Notes: generated by a model from the letters alone, not told the origin. 63,527 bases of DNA, filler included, from Octopus bimaculoides (GCF_001194135.2; 7 parts of 7 records of this genome joined end to end with filler, not necessarily neighbours in it), one strand, 5' to 3'; positions 50,098 through 62,847 are shown, counted from the whole stretch's first letter. Numbers and translations: made by a program.

Positions 50098-50102
<5 letters not shown>
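49886..50102 (+). repeat. ~215-bp dispersed repeat, copy 3 (inverted relative to copies 1 and 2)
   Basis: actcttcgaaacgcc...gctgatgaaggaaaatgttctc...catttattatttgtttt then (TA)n. Confidence 0.9.
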
Positions 50103-50131
<29 letters not shown>

Positions 50132-50175
50132 NNNNNNNNNNNNNNNNNNNNNNNNNNNNNNNNNNNNNNNNNNNN

Positions 50176-50187
50176 TTAATTAATTAA
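50176..50187. other. Assembly gap spacer TTAATTAATTAA (artefact)
   Basis: Between N runs. Confidence 0.95.
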
Positions 50188-50404
50188 NNNNNNNNNNNNN
50201 NNNNNNNNNNNNNNNNNNNNNNNNNNNNNNNTAGTTTATCCTTGAGGGACAGACTAACGGTGCACAGGTAATAAATTTGGGATCCCATGACTAGGAAAAA
50301 TTCCCGTAAGCAAACCCCTAGACCAATGTCCCAGAAATATAAACCCGAAATACCAAATCTTCCCTCTCTATCAATGCACCGGAAACACTTCAACCGGAAA
50401 CATA

Positions 50405-50832
50405 TATATTCTTCTACTTGTTTCAGTCATTTGACAGCGGCCATGCTGGAGTACCGCCTTAAAAAGTTTTTTTTAGTCGAAGAAATCGCTTTCTAAGGTT
50501 ATTTTTTCCTTTGTTCTTGTGAATATTGTATAATAGTTATTTTTCGTGGCAATGGGTGGTATAAGGATGATAATATTTTTATATATTTGTAGTACTTATC
50601 TTATCGATCTCTTTTCCCGAACCGCTAAGTTACGGAGACGTAAACACATCAACATCGGTTGTCGAGCGATGGCGTGGCGACAAACACGGACACTCACATA
50701 AATATATACAGATATATATATATACGACGGGCTTCTTTCAGTTTCCGTCTACCAAATCCACTCGCAAGGCTTTGGTCTTCCCGAGACTATAGTTGAAGAC
50801 ACTTGGCCAAGGTGCCACACAGTGGGACTGAA
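50405..50832 (-). mobile_element. SINE family A with an AT-rich interruption (~50490-50590)
   Basis: Tail 50405-50488, body 50590-50832. Confidence 0.85.
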
Positions 50833-52025
50833 CGCACAGCTTCCGTCTACGAAATTCACTCTGATACTTGCCCAATGTACCGTGCAGTGGGAGTGAAACT
50901 GAAACCAGTTTTCTTGACTACACGGCCATATAAATTACACCTGAACAAAAAAAATTTCCATTCACTCCCCCCACCACACACACACACACACACAAAAAAG
51001 AAAGACAAAACGGGCGGAAACCCCTCAAAGTATGTTAACTAACTTTTCAGTAAGTGACACCACCGCAAAAAGATAGGTAAGTAAATCTTGCTGCCTACCC
51101 CTTCTCAATAAATACATAAATAGATAAATATATCAAGGAATATTTTGGAAACAGAACGATGTATGNNNNNNNNNNNNNNNNNNNNNNNNNNNNNNNNNNN
51201 NNNNNNNNNNNNNNNNNNNNNNNNNNNNNNNNNNNNNNNNNNNNNNNNNNNNNNNNNNNNNNNNNNNNNNNNNNNNNNNNNNNNNNNNNNNNNNNNNNNN
51301 NNNNNNNNNNNNNNNNNNNNNNNNNNNNNNNNNNNNNNNNNNNNNNNNNNNNNNNNNNNNNNNNNNNNNNNNNNNNNNNNNNNNNNNNNNNNNNNNNNNN
51401 NNNNNNNNNNNNNNNNNNNNNNNNNNNNNNNNNNNNNNNNNNNNNNNNNNNNNNNNNNNNNNNNNNNNNNNNNNNNNNNNNNNNNNNNNNNNNNNNNNNN
51501 NNNNNNNNNNNNNNNNNNNNNNNNNNNNNNNNNNNNNNNNNNNNNNNNNNNNNNNNNNNNNNNNNNNNNNNNNNNNNNNNNNNNNNNNNNNNNNNNNNNN
51601 NNNNNNNNNNNNNNNNNNNNNNNNNNNNNNNNNNNNNNNNNNNNNNNNNNNNNNNNNNNNNNNNNNNNNNNNNNNNNNNNNNNNNNNNNNNNNNNNNNNN
51701 NNNNNNNNNNNNNNNNNNNNNNNNNNNNNNNNNNNNNNNNNNNNNNNNNNNNNNNNNNNNNNNNNNNNNNNNNNNNNNNNNNNNNNNNNNNNNNNNNNNN
51801 NNNNNNNNNNNNNNNNNNNNNNNNNNNNNNNNNNNNNNNNNNNNNNNNNNNNNNNNNNNNNNNNNNNNNNNNNNNNNNNNNNNNNNNNNNNNNNNNNNNN
51901 NNNNNNNNNNNNNNNNNNNNNNNNNNNNNNNNNNNNNNNNNNNNNNNNNNNNNNNNNNNNNNNNNNNNNNNNNNNNNNNNNNNNNNNNNNNNNNNNNNNN
52001 NNNNNNNNNNNNNNNNNNNNNNNNN

Positions 52026-53955
52026 GTGATAGTGGCGGCGACGGCAGCATTGATGCTTGTGGTGGTGGTAGAGGTAGTGATGTTGGTGGTAATCGAAGTA
52101 GCAGTAGTAGTAATAATGGTGGTATTGGTGGGGGTAGCAGTAGTAACGGGAGTGGTTGTGCAGCGTAGGTAGCAGTGGTCGTCGCAGTGGCACTGGAGTA
52201 GTGGTACACTAGTAGTAATGGTTTGGTGATGGTGATACAGTCTCGGTGGTAGTAGTGGTGGTAGTGGTGGCGGTACACTGGTAATAATAATCGTAACGTT
52301 TTCAGCAGCAGTGATAGAAATGGCGGGAAAGGTACAGAGGTGGCTAGGGACGTAGTATTGTAGTATTAGAATTACGGTAGCAGTACAGGTTGGAGTAGTA
52401 GAGTGGTAGCGATAGTGTGACCGTGATCGTGGTGGCGGTAGCACTGATGGCGGGAGTTTAGCGTGATGGTGCTAGTAGCGGTGGTGGTGGTGGTGGTGCT
52501 AGTGGTACGGTGATGGTGTTAGTAGCGGCGGTGGTATGATCGTGACAGTGGTGGGGCTAGTGGTAGCATTGCTGTGGTATGGTGGTAGTACCGCAGGGAT
52601 ATAAGAAATAACGAAAGTGTTACAGTGACGATGTTAGTAGCGGCGGCGGCGGCGGTGGTGGTGGTACAATGATAGTTTGGGTTGCAGTGGTAGTGGGACA
52701 GTGTTAAGTTAGTATTGGTAGTAGTATAGTGTTAATATGAGAAATAATGAAAGAGGTAGTGATGGTGGTAGCGATGGCAGCGGTAGTAATAGTGGTGGTA
52801 GTGGTGTTGNNNNNNNNNNNNNNNNNNNNNNNNNNNNNNNNNNNNNNNNNNNNNNNNNNNNNNNNNNNNNNNNNNNNNNNNNNNNNNNNNNNNNNNNNNN
52901 NNNNNNNNNNNNNNNNNNNNNNNNNNNNNNNNNNNNNNNNNNNNNNNNNNNNNNNNNNNNNNNNNNNNNNNNNNNNNNNNNNNNNNNNNNNNNNNNNNNN
53001 NNNNNNNNNNNNNNNNNNNNNNNNNNNNNNNNNNNNNNNNNNNNNNNNNNNNNNNNNNNNNNNNNNNNNNNNNNNNNNNNNNNNNNNNNNNNNNNNNNNN
53101 NNNNNNNNNNNNNNNNNNNNNNNNNNNNNNNNNNNNNNNNNNNNNNNNNNNNNNNNNNNNNNNNNNNNNNNNNNNNNNNNNNNNNNNNNNNNNNNNNNNN
53201 NNNNNNNNNNNNNNNNNNNNNNNNNNNNNNNNNNNNNNNNNNNNNNNNNNNNNNNNNNNNNNNNNNNNNNNNNNNNNNNNNNNNNNNNNNNNNNNAGTAG
53301 TACTATAGTAGTAGTGGTAGTAGTGGTTTGGGGTGTGGTAGTGGTGGCAGTTGCAGTAGTGGTACTATAGTAGTAGTGGTGGTGGTTGCAGTAGTAGTAC
53401 TATAGTAGTAGTGGTTGTAGTGGTTTAGGGTGTGGTAGTGGTGGTGGTTGCAGTAGTAGTACTATAGTAGTAGTGGTAGTAGTGGTTTGGGGTGTGGTAG
53501 TGGTGGCGGTTGCAGTAGTGGTACTATAGTAGTGGTGGTGGTAGTGGTTTGGGGTGTGGTAGTGGTGGCGGTTGCAGTAGTAGTACTATAGTAGTAGTGG
53601 TGGTAGTGGTTTGGGGTGTGGTCGTGGTGGTGGTTGCAGTAGTAGTACTATAGTAGTAATAGTAGTAGCAGTAGTAGTGGTGGTCGTGGTGGTAGTGAAT
53701 GTAGTGGTAGCGGTGGTAGTAGTCAAGTAAATGTGATAGCAGTGTCGGTTAGCTGTGGTGTAGGACAGGTAGTTTGTAGTAATGGTAGTAGAGGTAGAAG
53801 TGGTTACGGTGGATGTAGTGGTAATGGTGGTAGTAGTAATAATAGTAGCGGTAGAACAGTGAGGAGGTGGTGGTGGTTGTAGGAGTAGTGATGGTGATAG
53901 TAGAGGTAGCAGAAAGAGTGGTCGTGGTGGTGGTGGTAGTGGTGGTGGTAACTAT
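52026..53955. repeat. Long (GGT/AGT)n low-complexity region including a ~62-bp minisatellite (53297-53660)
   Basis: Unit agtagtagtactatagtagtagtggtggtagtggtttggggtgtggtagtggtggcggttgc, about 6 copies. Confidence 0.9.
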
Positions 53956-54054
53956 TAATGGCACAACTTCGCTAGGAAGAAGAATGGTGAAATGTAATCA
54001 CAGAAAGTTTTACGAGAGAAAAACCCCATTCGACTGGAAGCGCGGGAAGTGAAT

Positions 54055-54066
54055 GGCTGTGTGTGC

Positions 54067-54121
<55 letters not shown>

Positions 54122-54330
54122 TTTGTCTGTGTGTGTGTGTGTGCCTGTGCCAGTGTGTGTATCTGTGTGTCTTTATGTGTGTGAGTTCGTTTGTGTGCAT
54201 GTGTGTGAGTTTGGCTGTGTGTGTGTGTTTGTGTGTGTATGTGCGAGTTTGTGTGTGTGTGTGTGTGTGTGAGTGTTTGTGTGTGTGTGTGTGAGTATTT
54301 GTGCGTGTGTGTGTGTGTGTGTGAGTTTGT
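54055..54330. repeat. Degenerate (GT)n tract
   Basis: Direct inspection. Confidence 0.9.
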
Positions 54331-54640
54331 CGCGGAGGAGTGAGTGTATGGGTACCGTTCTGTATGTGTATGTGTGAATGTGTGTGCGTGCGCGTGTATG
54401 AAAATGCGTGGATATACGCGCCGTACAAACATACATATACCCGTACGCATACCCGTTGATGTAAGCGCGTGTATACGTATATGTTTCTCCCCCTTTCTCT
54501 CATTCTTTCTCTACCACTCTCTCTCTCTTTCTCCCCCCTCTTTCTCTGTACGTGGATATGAGTGTGTGTGCGCACGCGCGTACGTTGTAACATGAAATGT
54601 ATGTAGGTATGTGGATATACCTCTCGCATAAGCATATATA

Positions 54641-54850
54641 TTCTTTTCTACTCAAGGCACAAGGCCTGAAATTTTGGGGGAGGGAGCCAGTCGATTAGCT
54701 GGACCCCAGTACGCGGCTGGTACTTAATTTATCGACCCCAAAAGGATGAAAGGTAAAGTCGACCTCGGCGGAATTTGAACTCAGAACGTAAAGACACGAA
54801 ATACCGCTAAGCCTTTCGCCCGACGTGCTAACGTTTCTGCCAGCTCGCCG
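54641..54850 (-). mobile_element. SINE family B monomer (right-monomer type), complete
   Basis: cggcgagctggcagaaacgttagc...ccccaaaatttcaggccttgtgccttgagtagaaaagaa on the minus strand. Confidence 0.92.
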
Positions 54851-54854
54851 GCTG

Positions 54855-55215
54855 TGTTATAAGAAACTTGCTTCTCAACCACGTTGTTCCGGGTTCAGTC
54901 CCGCTGTGCGGCACCTTGGGCAAGTGTCTTCTTCTATAGCCTCGGGCTAACCAAAGCCTTGTGAGTGGATTTGGTTGACGATAAGTATACATCTATGTGT
55001 GGTATGTGTGGTTTTGTGTCTGTTTGTCCCCACCACCGTCACTTGGCAACCGATGTTGGTGTGCTTACGTCCACGTAATCTAGCAGTTCGGCAAAAGCGA
55101 CCGATAGAATGAATACTAGGCTTACAAAGAATAAATCCTGGGGTCGATTTCTTTAAGGCGGTGCTCCAGCATGGCTGCAGTCAAATGATTGAAACAAGTA
55201 AAAGAATAAAAGAAT
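54855..55215 (+). mobile_element. SINE family A
   Basis: ggttcagtccc...ggtgctccagcatggctgcagtcaaatgattgaaacaagtaaaagaat. Confidence 0.9.
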
Positions 55216-55299
55216 ATATAAACATAAGGTGCTGCTCCAGCATGACCGCATGGCTGAAACGCGTAAAAGAATAAAAGAATACGTTTATAACTATCTATC

Positions 55300-55585
55300 T
55301 GGTTCTCCGTCGGTTGCGACGACGAGGATCCCAGTTGATCCGATCAGCGGAACAACCAGCTCATGAAAGGAACGTACAAGTGGCTGAGTACTCCACAGAC
55401 ACGCGTACCCTTTACGTTGTTCTCGGGGAGATTCAGCGCGGCACAGAATGTGACAAGGCTGGTCCTTTTAAAAATAGATATTACTTATTTTCGCTAGCTG
55501 AGTGGACTGGAGCAACAGAAAAATAAAGTGTCTCGCTCAAGGACGCAACGCACCGCCAAAAATCGAACTCAAGACCATACGATTC
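55300..55585 (-). mobile_element. SINE sharing the family C 3' half with a different 5' half
   Basis: 55300-55470 aligns to 44530-44700, then diverges (gctcaaggacgcaacgc...tcgaactc). Confidence 0.7.
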
Positions 55586-55898
55586 GGTGAGTGTGTTTGT
55601 GTGTGTGTATGACCGCCAGTAGGAATAATTCATTCTATGTTGAACCAGTGTCTCCGACGGAGGTCGTTATGGCATCCGCAGTACCTTAACCTGGGGTACC
55701 TTGACCAGCCAGGAAAGTTCTGATTGCAAAGCAAACTGTACCACAGAATGCGGCGGCAGAGGGGTATCCAAGGATCATGACCTGGATGCAGCCTGCCCCG
55801 CCCCGCTAGAGTGTAAGAAATTAAGAGCCATGCAGGATGGGTACTACTTTGAAGACCTGCTGTTCAGCTCCCCTTAGTAAATTAGTAGACCGATAATA

Positions 55899-56202
55899 TT
55901 GTTGTTGGCACTCCGTCGGTTACGACGCCGAGGGTTCCAGTTGATCCGATCAACGGAACAGCCTGCTCTTGAAATTAACGTGTAAGTGGCTGAGCACTCC
56001 ACAGACACGTGTACCCTTAACGTAGTTCTAGGGGATATTCAGTGTGACACAGTGTGACAAGGCTGACTCTTTGAATTACAGGCACAACAGAAACAGGAAG
56101 TAAGAGTGAGAGAAAGTTGTGGTGACAGAGTACAGCAGGGTTCGCCACCATCCCCTGCCGAAGCCTCGTGGAGCTTTAGGTGTTTTCGTTCAATAAACAC
56201 TC
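55899..56202 (-). mobile_element. SINE family C, head lost in a gap
   Basis: Highly similar to 44526-44825. Confidence 0.92.
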
Positions 56203-57166
56203 NNNNNNNNNNNNNNNNNNNNNNNNNNNNNNNNNNNNNNNNNNNNNNNNNNNNNNNNNNNNNNNNNNNNNNNNNNNNNNNNNNNNNNNNNNNNNNNNNN
56301 NNNNNNNNNNNNNNNNNNNNNNNNNNNNNNNNNNNNNNNNNNNNNNNNNNNNNNNNNNNNNNNNNNNNNNNNNNNNNNNNNNNNNNNNNNNNNNNNNNNN
56401 NNNNNNNNNNNNNNNNNNNNNNNNNNNNNNNNNNNNNNNNNNNNNNNNNNNNNNNNNNNNNNNNNNNNNNNNNNNNNNNNNNNNNNNNNNNNNNNNNNNN
56501 NNNNNNNNNNNNNNNNNNNNNNNNNNNNNNNNNNNNNNNNNNNNNNNNNNNNNNNNNNNNNNNNNNNNNNNNNNNNNNNNNNNNNNNNNNNNNNNNNNNN
56601 NNNNNNNNNNNNNNNNNNNNNNNNNNNNNNNNNNNNNNNNNNNNNNNNNNNNNNNNNNNNNNNNNNNNNNNNNNNNNNNNNNNNNNNNNNNNNNNNNNNN
56701 NNNNNNNNNNNNNNNNNNNNNNNNNNNNNNNNNNNNNNNNNNNNNNNNNNNNNNNNNNNNNNNNNNNNNNNNNNNNNNNNNNNNNNNNNNNNNNNNNNNN
56801 NNNNNNNNNNNNNNNNNNNNNNNNNNNNNNNNNNNNNNNNNNNNNNNNNNNNNNNNNNNNNNNNNNNNNNNNNNNNNNNNNNNNNNNNNNNNNNNNNNNN
56901 NNNNNNNNNNNNNNNNNNNNNNNNNNNNNNNNNNNNNNNNNNNNNNNNNNNNNNNNNNNNNNNNNNNNNNNNNNNNNNNNNNNNNNNNNNNNNNNNNNNN
57001 NNNNNNNNNNNNNNNNNNNNNNNNNNNNNNNNNNNNNNNNNNNNNNNNNNNNNNNNNNNNNNNNNNNNNNNNNNNNNNNNNNNNNNNNNNNNNNNNNNNN
57101 NNNNNNNNNNNNNNNNNNNNNNNNNNNNNNNNNNNNNNNNNNNNNNNNNNNNNNNNNNNNNNNNNN

Positions 57167-57198
<32 letters not shown>

Positions 57199-58569
57199 GC
57201 ACACATATGTATACATGTTTGCATGTAAATTTTATTATTTGTTGAATGGTAAGTGGGAACATGTATTTTATTCAATTGATCCTTTTCAATGCAGATTGCT
57301 GTAAGTAATTATCTACAAAATTGAACATTTATTACCTGTGGATGTTCTACGGGTCCGTACTAACCAGTTCGGTTATACGATCATGGCTGTCGAGGAATTT
57401 TCTTTCTTACCATAGAATTGAGATTATTTCCTCGAAATAATTCTGAACTTCTCCTTTCCAAATAGGAATGGAAGAACTTGTAGATCTTCCCTTGTGACGC
57501 AATTTTCTCTTGTGGCTGTTATTTAGCCCTAGGTCAGCCGTGATCAAGTAGATCTATAATAAACAATCACATATAGGTTCCCCCTTTGCTTTGCTTTACC
57601 TTTTTTGGCATCTCTGTGGCTTCACAAAGAACAGTTCTCTCTTCTTCCCCAAAGGAATGTTTGAATTGTTTGAGGAATTCCAGGAATGAGCAAATATCTG
57701 TTTAATTACAACCTTTTCACAAAGAATACCTCAATTATCTGTCCATCTATCGATTTTTGCTGCAACCTTGTACCATAGCCGTGACAAATTTGGCAGACGA
57801 CATTCTTCAAAACCATTTTGAGAAATGGGTTAATGGGGATTATATTCTGTAGATTCTGAGATGTGATCGTCATTTCAAAACGAAAGAATGGAGATTCTTC
57901 CATAACTTTGTTGTAAAGTGACAACAAACAAATAAATAAATAAGATAAAATATGAAAAATAAAAATTGAAAAAAAAAAAAAAAGAGCGTGGCGCTAATTT
58001 TTCGTAACATTATTTCCCTGGCCAATCTATCATTTGGAATAAAGCAAAAAATATTGTGTAATTTTCAGGTTTGCTAAAATATTTTTGAATTGTATTGGTT
58101 CGAGAAGCTTACTGGTAATTATGTTATTGACTGTGGAAGAACCACTAGAGGCAAAGTGACTTTAGTGGGGTTTGAACTTAAAACAATTAAAGATCTAAAT
58201 AGTTATTGTGTAACGTATCTCTGTCGTTTATGATAAATCACTTTGTGTTTCTCTGGTTAATAGAAAAATGGTGTTTGTTGCTGTACGAAGGGCATAGGTG
58301 GATGTATGCGTACGGCAATGGTTGTGAACAGCCTTGTGAGTGAATACTAGCGTCTGTGAACATTAGCAGTGGCGTAGGTGAACCTCGGTAGATGTGAACA
58401 ACAACGTGTATGAACAGCTACATGTCTTACCTATATTGTTTAGATTATACACACACACATGTATATATACATACATACACACACACGCATATATATATGT
58501 ATATACATACATACACACACACGCATATATATATGTATATACATACATATATACTTATAGATGTACACA

Positions 58570-58621
<52 letters not shown>

Positions 58622-59451
58622 NNNNNNNNNNNNNNNNNNNNNNNNNNNNNNNNNNNNNNNNNNNNNNNNNNNNNNNNNNNNNNNNNNNNNNNNNNNNNNN
58701 NNNNNNNNNNNNNNNNNNNNNNNNNNNNNNNNNNNNNNNNNNNNNNNNNNNNNNNNNNNNNNNNNNNNNNNNNNNNNNNNNNNNNNNNNNNNNNNNNNNN
58801 NNNNNNNNNNNNNNNNNNNNNNNNNNNNNNNNNNNNNNNNNNNNNNNNNNNNNNNNNNNNNNNNNNNNNNNNNNNNNNNNNNNNNNNNNNNNNNNNNNNN
58901 NNNNNNNNNNNNNNNNNNNNNNNNNNNNNNNNNNNNNNNNNNNNNNNNNNNNNNNNNNNNNNNNNNNNNNNNNNNNNNNNNNNNNNNNNNNNNNNNNNNN
59001 NNNNNNNNNNNNNNNNNNNNNNNNNNNNNNNNNNNNNNNNNNNNNNNNNNNNNNNNNNNNNNNNNNNNNNNNNNNNNNNNNNNNNNNNNNNNNNNNNNNN
59101 NNNNNNNNNNNNNNNNNNNNNNNNNNNNNNNNNNNNNNNNNNNNNNNNNNNNNNNNNNNNNNNNNNNNNNNNNNNNNNNNNNNNNNNNNNNNNNNNNNNN
59201 NNNNNNNNNNNNNNNNNNNNNNNNNNNNNNNNNNNNNNNNNNNNNNNNNNNNNNNNNNNNNNNNNNNNNNNNNNNNNNNNNNNNNNNNNNNNNNNNNNNN
59301 NNNNNNNNNNNNNNNNNNNNNNNNNNNNNNNNNNNNNNNNNNNNNNNNNNNNNNNNNNNNNNNNNACATGTGTCACCTATTATAGCTCCGGGCTGATCAA
59401 TGCCTTGTGAGTGAATATGGTGGATGGAAATTGAAAGAAGCTGATTATATA

Positions 59452-59552
59452 TACGAGGGGGGTGCTGGAAAGTTCCTAGCTTTAAGGTTACGTAAGGCCT
59501 CGCTGGCGGCCCAGCCTTCCGAGTTCTTTTACAGGGCTTAGCAAGAACTGAA
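59452..59552 (+). mobile_element. Left half of the mariner-derived MITE
   Basis: tacgaggggggtgctggaaagttcc TIR; body matches 9115-9220 in reverse complement. Confidence 0.75.
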
Positions 59553-59725
59553 GCCTTGTCACACTGTGTCACGCTGAATCTCCCCGAGAACTACGTTAAG
59601 GGTACACGTGTCTGTGGAGTGCTCAGCCACTTGCACGTTAATTTCACGAGCAGGCTGTTCCGTTGATCGGATCAACTGGAACCCTCGTCGTCGTCGCAAG
59701 CGACGGAGGGCCAACAACAACAACA
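59552..59725 (+). mobile_element. SINE family C, 5'-truncated, with (CAA)n tail
   Basis: agccttgtcacactgtgtcacgctg...cgacggagggccaacaacaac. Confidence 0.9.
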
Positions 59726-60090
59726 GCGACAGCCACACAGAGTGAACTTCATGTATTCACAGCAGGACATTCCCCACTTTTTGCTGGATGCACCCCTTGT
59801 GATAGAATTCAATTAAATTTCCATTCAACACCAGACAAATTAATCGAATACTGAATCAGAAAACATAACTAATTAACCAATTATTAATACAAGTTAAATG
59901 AGAAAAGAACTACGAACCTATGAATGCAAACTGACCTCAATTGCTTGAATTAGCTTTTTAATAAGGAAGGTGGGTTTGGTGGGTACGATAAAGATCGCAA
60001 GTGCTAGGTCGTGGTTCGTGAGTCTGAGCTGTGAATCACCACGTTCTGTGTTCAAAGTGCTTCTCTGATTGTTTAGTAAATAAGTTTTTG

Positions 60091-60299
60091 TACTATAGGC
60101 ACAAGGCCTGAAATTGTAGGGGAGGTGGGGGAGGCCTAGTCGATTACATCGACTCTAGTACTCAACAGGTACTTATTTGATGGACCCCAAAGGAGGAGAA
60201 GCAAAGACATTAACAACTGCGACACGTAAAATTTGAACGTAAAGCGGATGAAATTTCGCAAAGTACTTTGTCCAGTGTGCTAACGATTCCGCCAGATTG
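60091..60299 (-). mobile_element. SINE family B monomer, diverged
   Basis: ggcacaaggcctgaaatt...gtcgattacatcgac...gtgctaacgattccgccag. Confidence 0.75.
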
Positions 60300-61130
60300 T
60301 ACATGATGTAAATGATTATATCTAGACTCTCCTATATACGAACTTAGAAAAAACAAGTAAAATTGGCTCAACAGTGGAGAAAAGTCTGGAATATTTTGCT
60401 AGCTTTTATTTCTTTTTGGTTCCTCTAGACCCTTTTAACAAAGACGAGGCAAAGATCAACATTTGCATAGCTACTGATGTGCAAGAAATAACAGCCAAAT
60501 CTCCTTCAAATCATATCCATCTATCTTGAGAAAAGAACAGAGACGTTAGATAATCTGTGTTGACCAAAGTCCTTCTATTTCAATATTGCATCCACCTCCT
60601 CAGACGCCAGAAGACGTAAAACTTTACTGTGCTTCTTCTTCACTCCTGTCAAGTTTAACTTGAAGAAGTACTCTTTCCGAAACGTTAAATCTTTCACTAC
60701 CGATGGCAATTTCATTTTATTCATTCAGTTCTTTTTCCTACGTTACATATGTGACTTTCTCTCTCTGTAACATACGCGATGCCTTACTGTTATGTGTGTA
60801 TGTAACAAATAGGATTCATAATCTGAGTATCAGTTATACACAGCGGTAGATACAGGCGACCGGTCTTCTCATTTACAACCATTAACCTTGACCCTTATCT
60901 AAAGCAATTATTAATATATTCTCTCTTCCTTTCTCTCTCTTTCATCCTCTCACCTCTCCCCTATCTCTTATTCTCTCTCTCTCTCTCTCTTTGGCAGTTT
61001 GTGTCTCTTTCTCTTTCCCTCTTTCTCTCTTTTTCCCTTCCTTTTCATCTTTTATTAGTAACCTTTTACCACTTCTTTTCATCTACGACCGCATCTTCCC
61101 ACCCCATTTCTACACGCTGCATCCTTCTAT

Positions 61131-61162
<32 letters not shown>

Positions 61163-61689
61163 NNNNNNNNNNNNNNNNNNNNNNNNNNNNNNNNNNNNNN
61201 NNNNNNNNNNNNNNNNNNNNNNNNNNNNNNNNNNNNNNNNNNNNNNNNNNNNNNNNNNNNNNNNNNNNNNNNNNNNNNNNNNNNNNNNNNNNNNNNNNNN
61301 NNNNNNNNNNNNNNNNNNNNNNNNNNNNNNNNNNNNNNNNNNNNNNNNNNNNNNNNNNNNNNNNNNNNNNNNNNNNNNNNNNNNNNNNNNNNNNNNNNNN
61401 NNNNNNNNNNNNNNNNNNNNNNNNNNNNNNNNNNNNNNNNNNNNNNNNNNNNNNNNNNNNNNNNNNNNNNNNNNNNNNNNNNNNNNNNNNNNNNNNNNNN
61501 NNNNNTATATATATATATATATATATATATCTGTATATTTACACGGAACAGTCATAATGCATGACGTTGAAGCGTAATGCTTTATATTTACGCACATACA
61601 TGCACACATACACACATACACACATACAATGACACACTCATATATATACACAAAACACCTCACTCCCTCTTTCTGTCCACATATCCATT

Positions 61690-61719
61690 TGTCAATTTTG
61701 TATCCTACCCGTTTCATCT

Positions 61720-61758
<39 letters not shown>

Positions 61759-62010
61759 TGCGCGTGTGCATATATATGTATATAATTATATATATATATA
61801 TACATACACACATTTATATATAGATATACACACACACATATATATATACATATATATATGAGCATACATATACATATATATATATATACATATATATATA
61901 TACACATATATACATACATATGTATATATGTGTATGTGTGTACATATATACATGATATAGATACATACATCTATGTATATATACATATGTATAAGCACAC
62001 ACATATACAT
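61690..62010. repeat. Compound (CA)/(TA)/(TACA) microsatellite
   Basis: Direct inspection. Confidence 0.9.
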
Positions 62011-62054
62011 NNNNNNNNNNNNNNNNNNNNNNNNNNNNNNNNNNNNNNNNNNNN

Positions 62055-62066
62055 TTAATTAATTAA
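62055..62066. other. Assembly gap spacer TTAATTAATTAA (artefact)
   Basis: Between N runs. Confidence 0.95.
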
Positions 62067-62110
62067 NNNNNNNNNNNNNNNNNNNNNNNNNNNNNNNNNN
62101 NNNNNNNNNN

Positions 62111-62352
62111 GCCATTCGCCCAGTTTCGGTCTCTTCCTGATCCATGTTTGCAGTTCGGTGAGTGAGACGAGCTGCGGGAAGGCGTGCCTCACAAACGGCG
62201 CCCACACCTGTTCACCGTCGTCAATGAAGTTCCAGAGATGCCGCAGTCTCAGCGCATGTCTGCGCATCATTAACCACGGCATCCCCAGTCCTCCACGTAA
62301 CGGTTGTTGACAGCAAATGGATCGCCTCACCATCGGAACGCCACCCTTAGAT
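62111..62352 (-). mobile_element. L1/Tx1-clade LINE ORF2 post-RT fragment
   Basis: KGGVPMVRRSICCQQPLRGGLGMPWLMMRRHALRLRHLW...EQVWAPFV fits the Tx1 'P.V.R....P...GGLG.P' segment. Confidence 0.7.
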
Positions 62353-62665
62353 AGCGACAAAGAGAGAGAGAAAGCGACTGAGAGAGAGAGAGTGAATGAG
62401 AGAGAGCCGTTACGCAAATCATGCAACCTTAATCGAGATCCGGTTATATTTTGCATGATATTATAATATATACAATATCATGATATATATTATATTACAT
62501 GATATTACATGCGGACTCGTTTGCACGTCGGAAACTAAGTTGGGTCAAAATGTAAAGAAAATATCAAATTCTCATGATGGCGTCAGAATAAATTATGATG
62601 TGATATCGGTTGTTCACATTTATTTCGTTTCCACAGCGAAACGTACACACATATGTTCATCTATC

Positions 62666-62696
<31 letters not shown>

Positions 62697-62816
62697 CTAT
62701 CTANNNNNNNNNNNNNNNNNNNNNNNNNNNNNNNNNNNNNNNNNNNNNNNNNNNNNNNNNNNNNNNNNNNNNNNNNNNNNNNNNNNNNNNNNNNNNNNNN
62801 NNNTGTGTGTGTGTGT

Positions 62817-62847
<31 letters not shown>

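Noticed and set aside
51095-53964. Thr-rich mucin-like coding region on the minus strand
   Set aside because: The 62-bp unit shifts frame, all frames are low-complexity, and no splice or domain context is present
57706-57927. CQICHGYG, a DnaJ-like CxxCxGxG motif
   Set aside because: Single motif, no partner repeats, no convincing splice sites; likely chance
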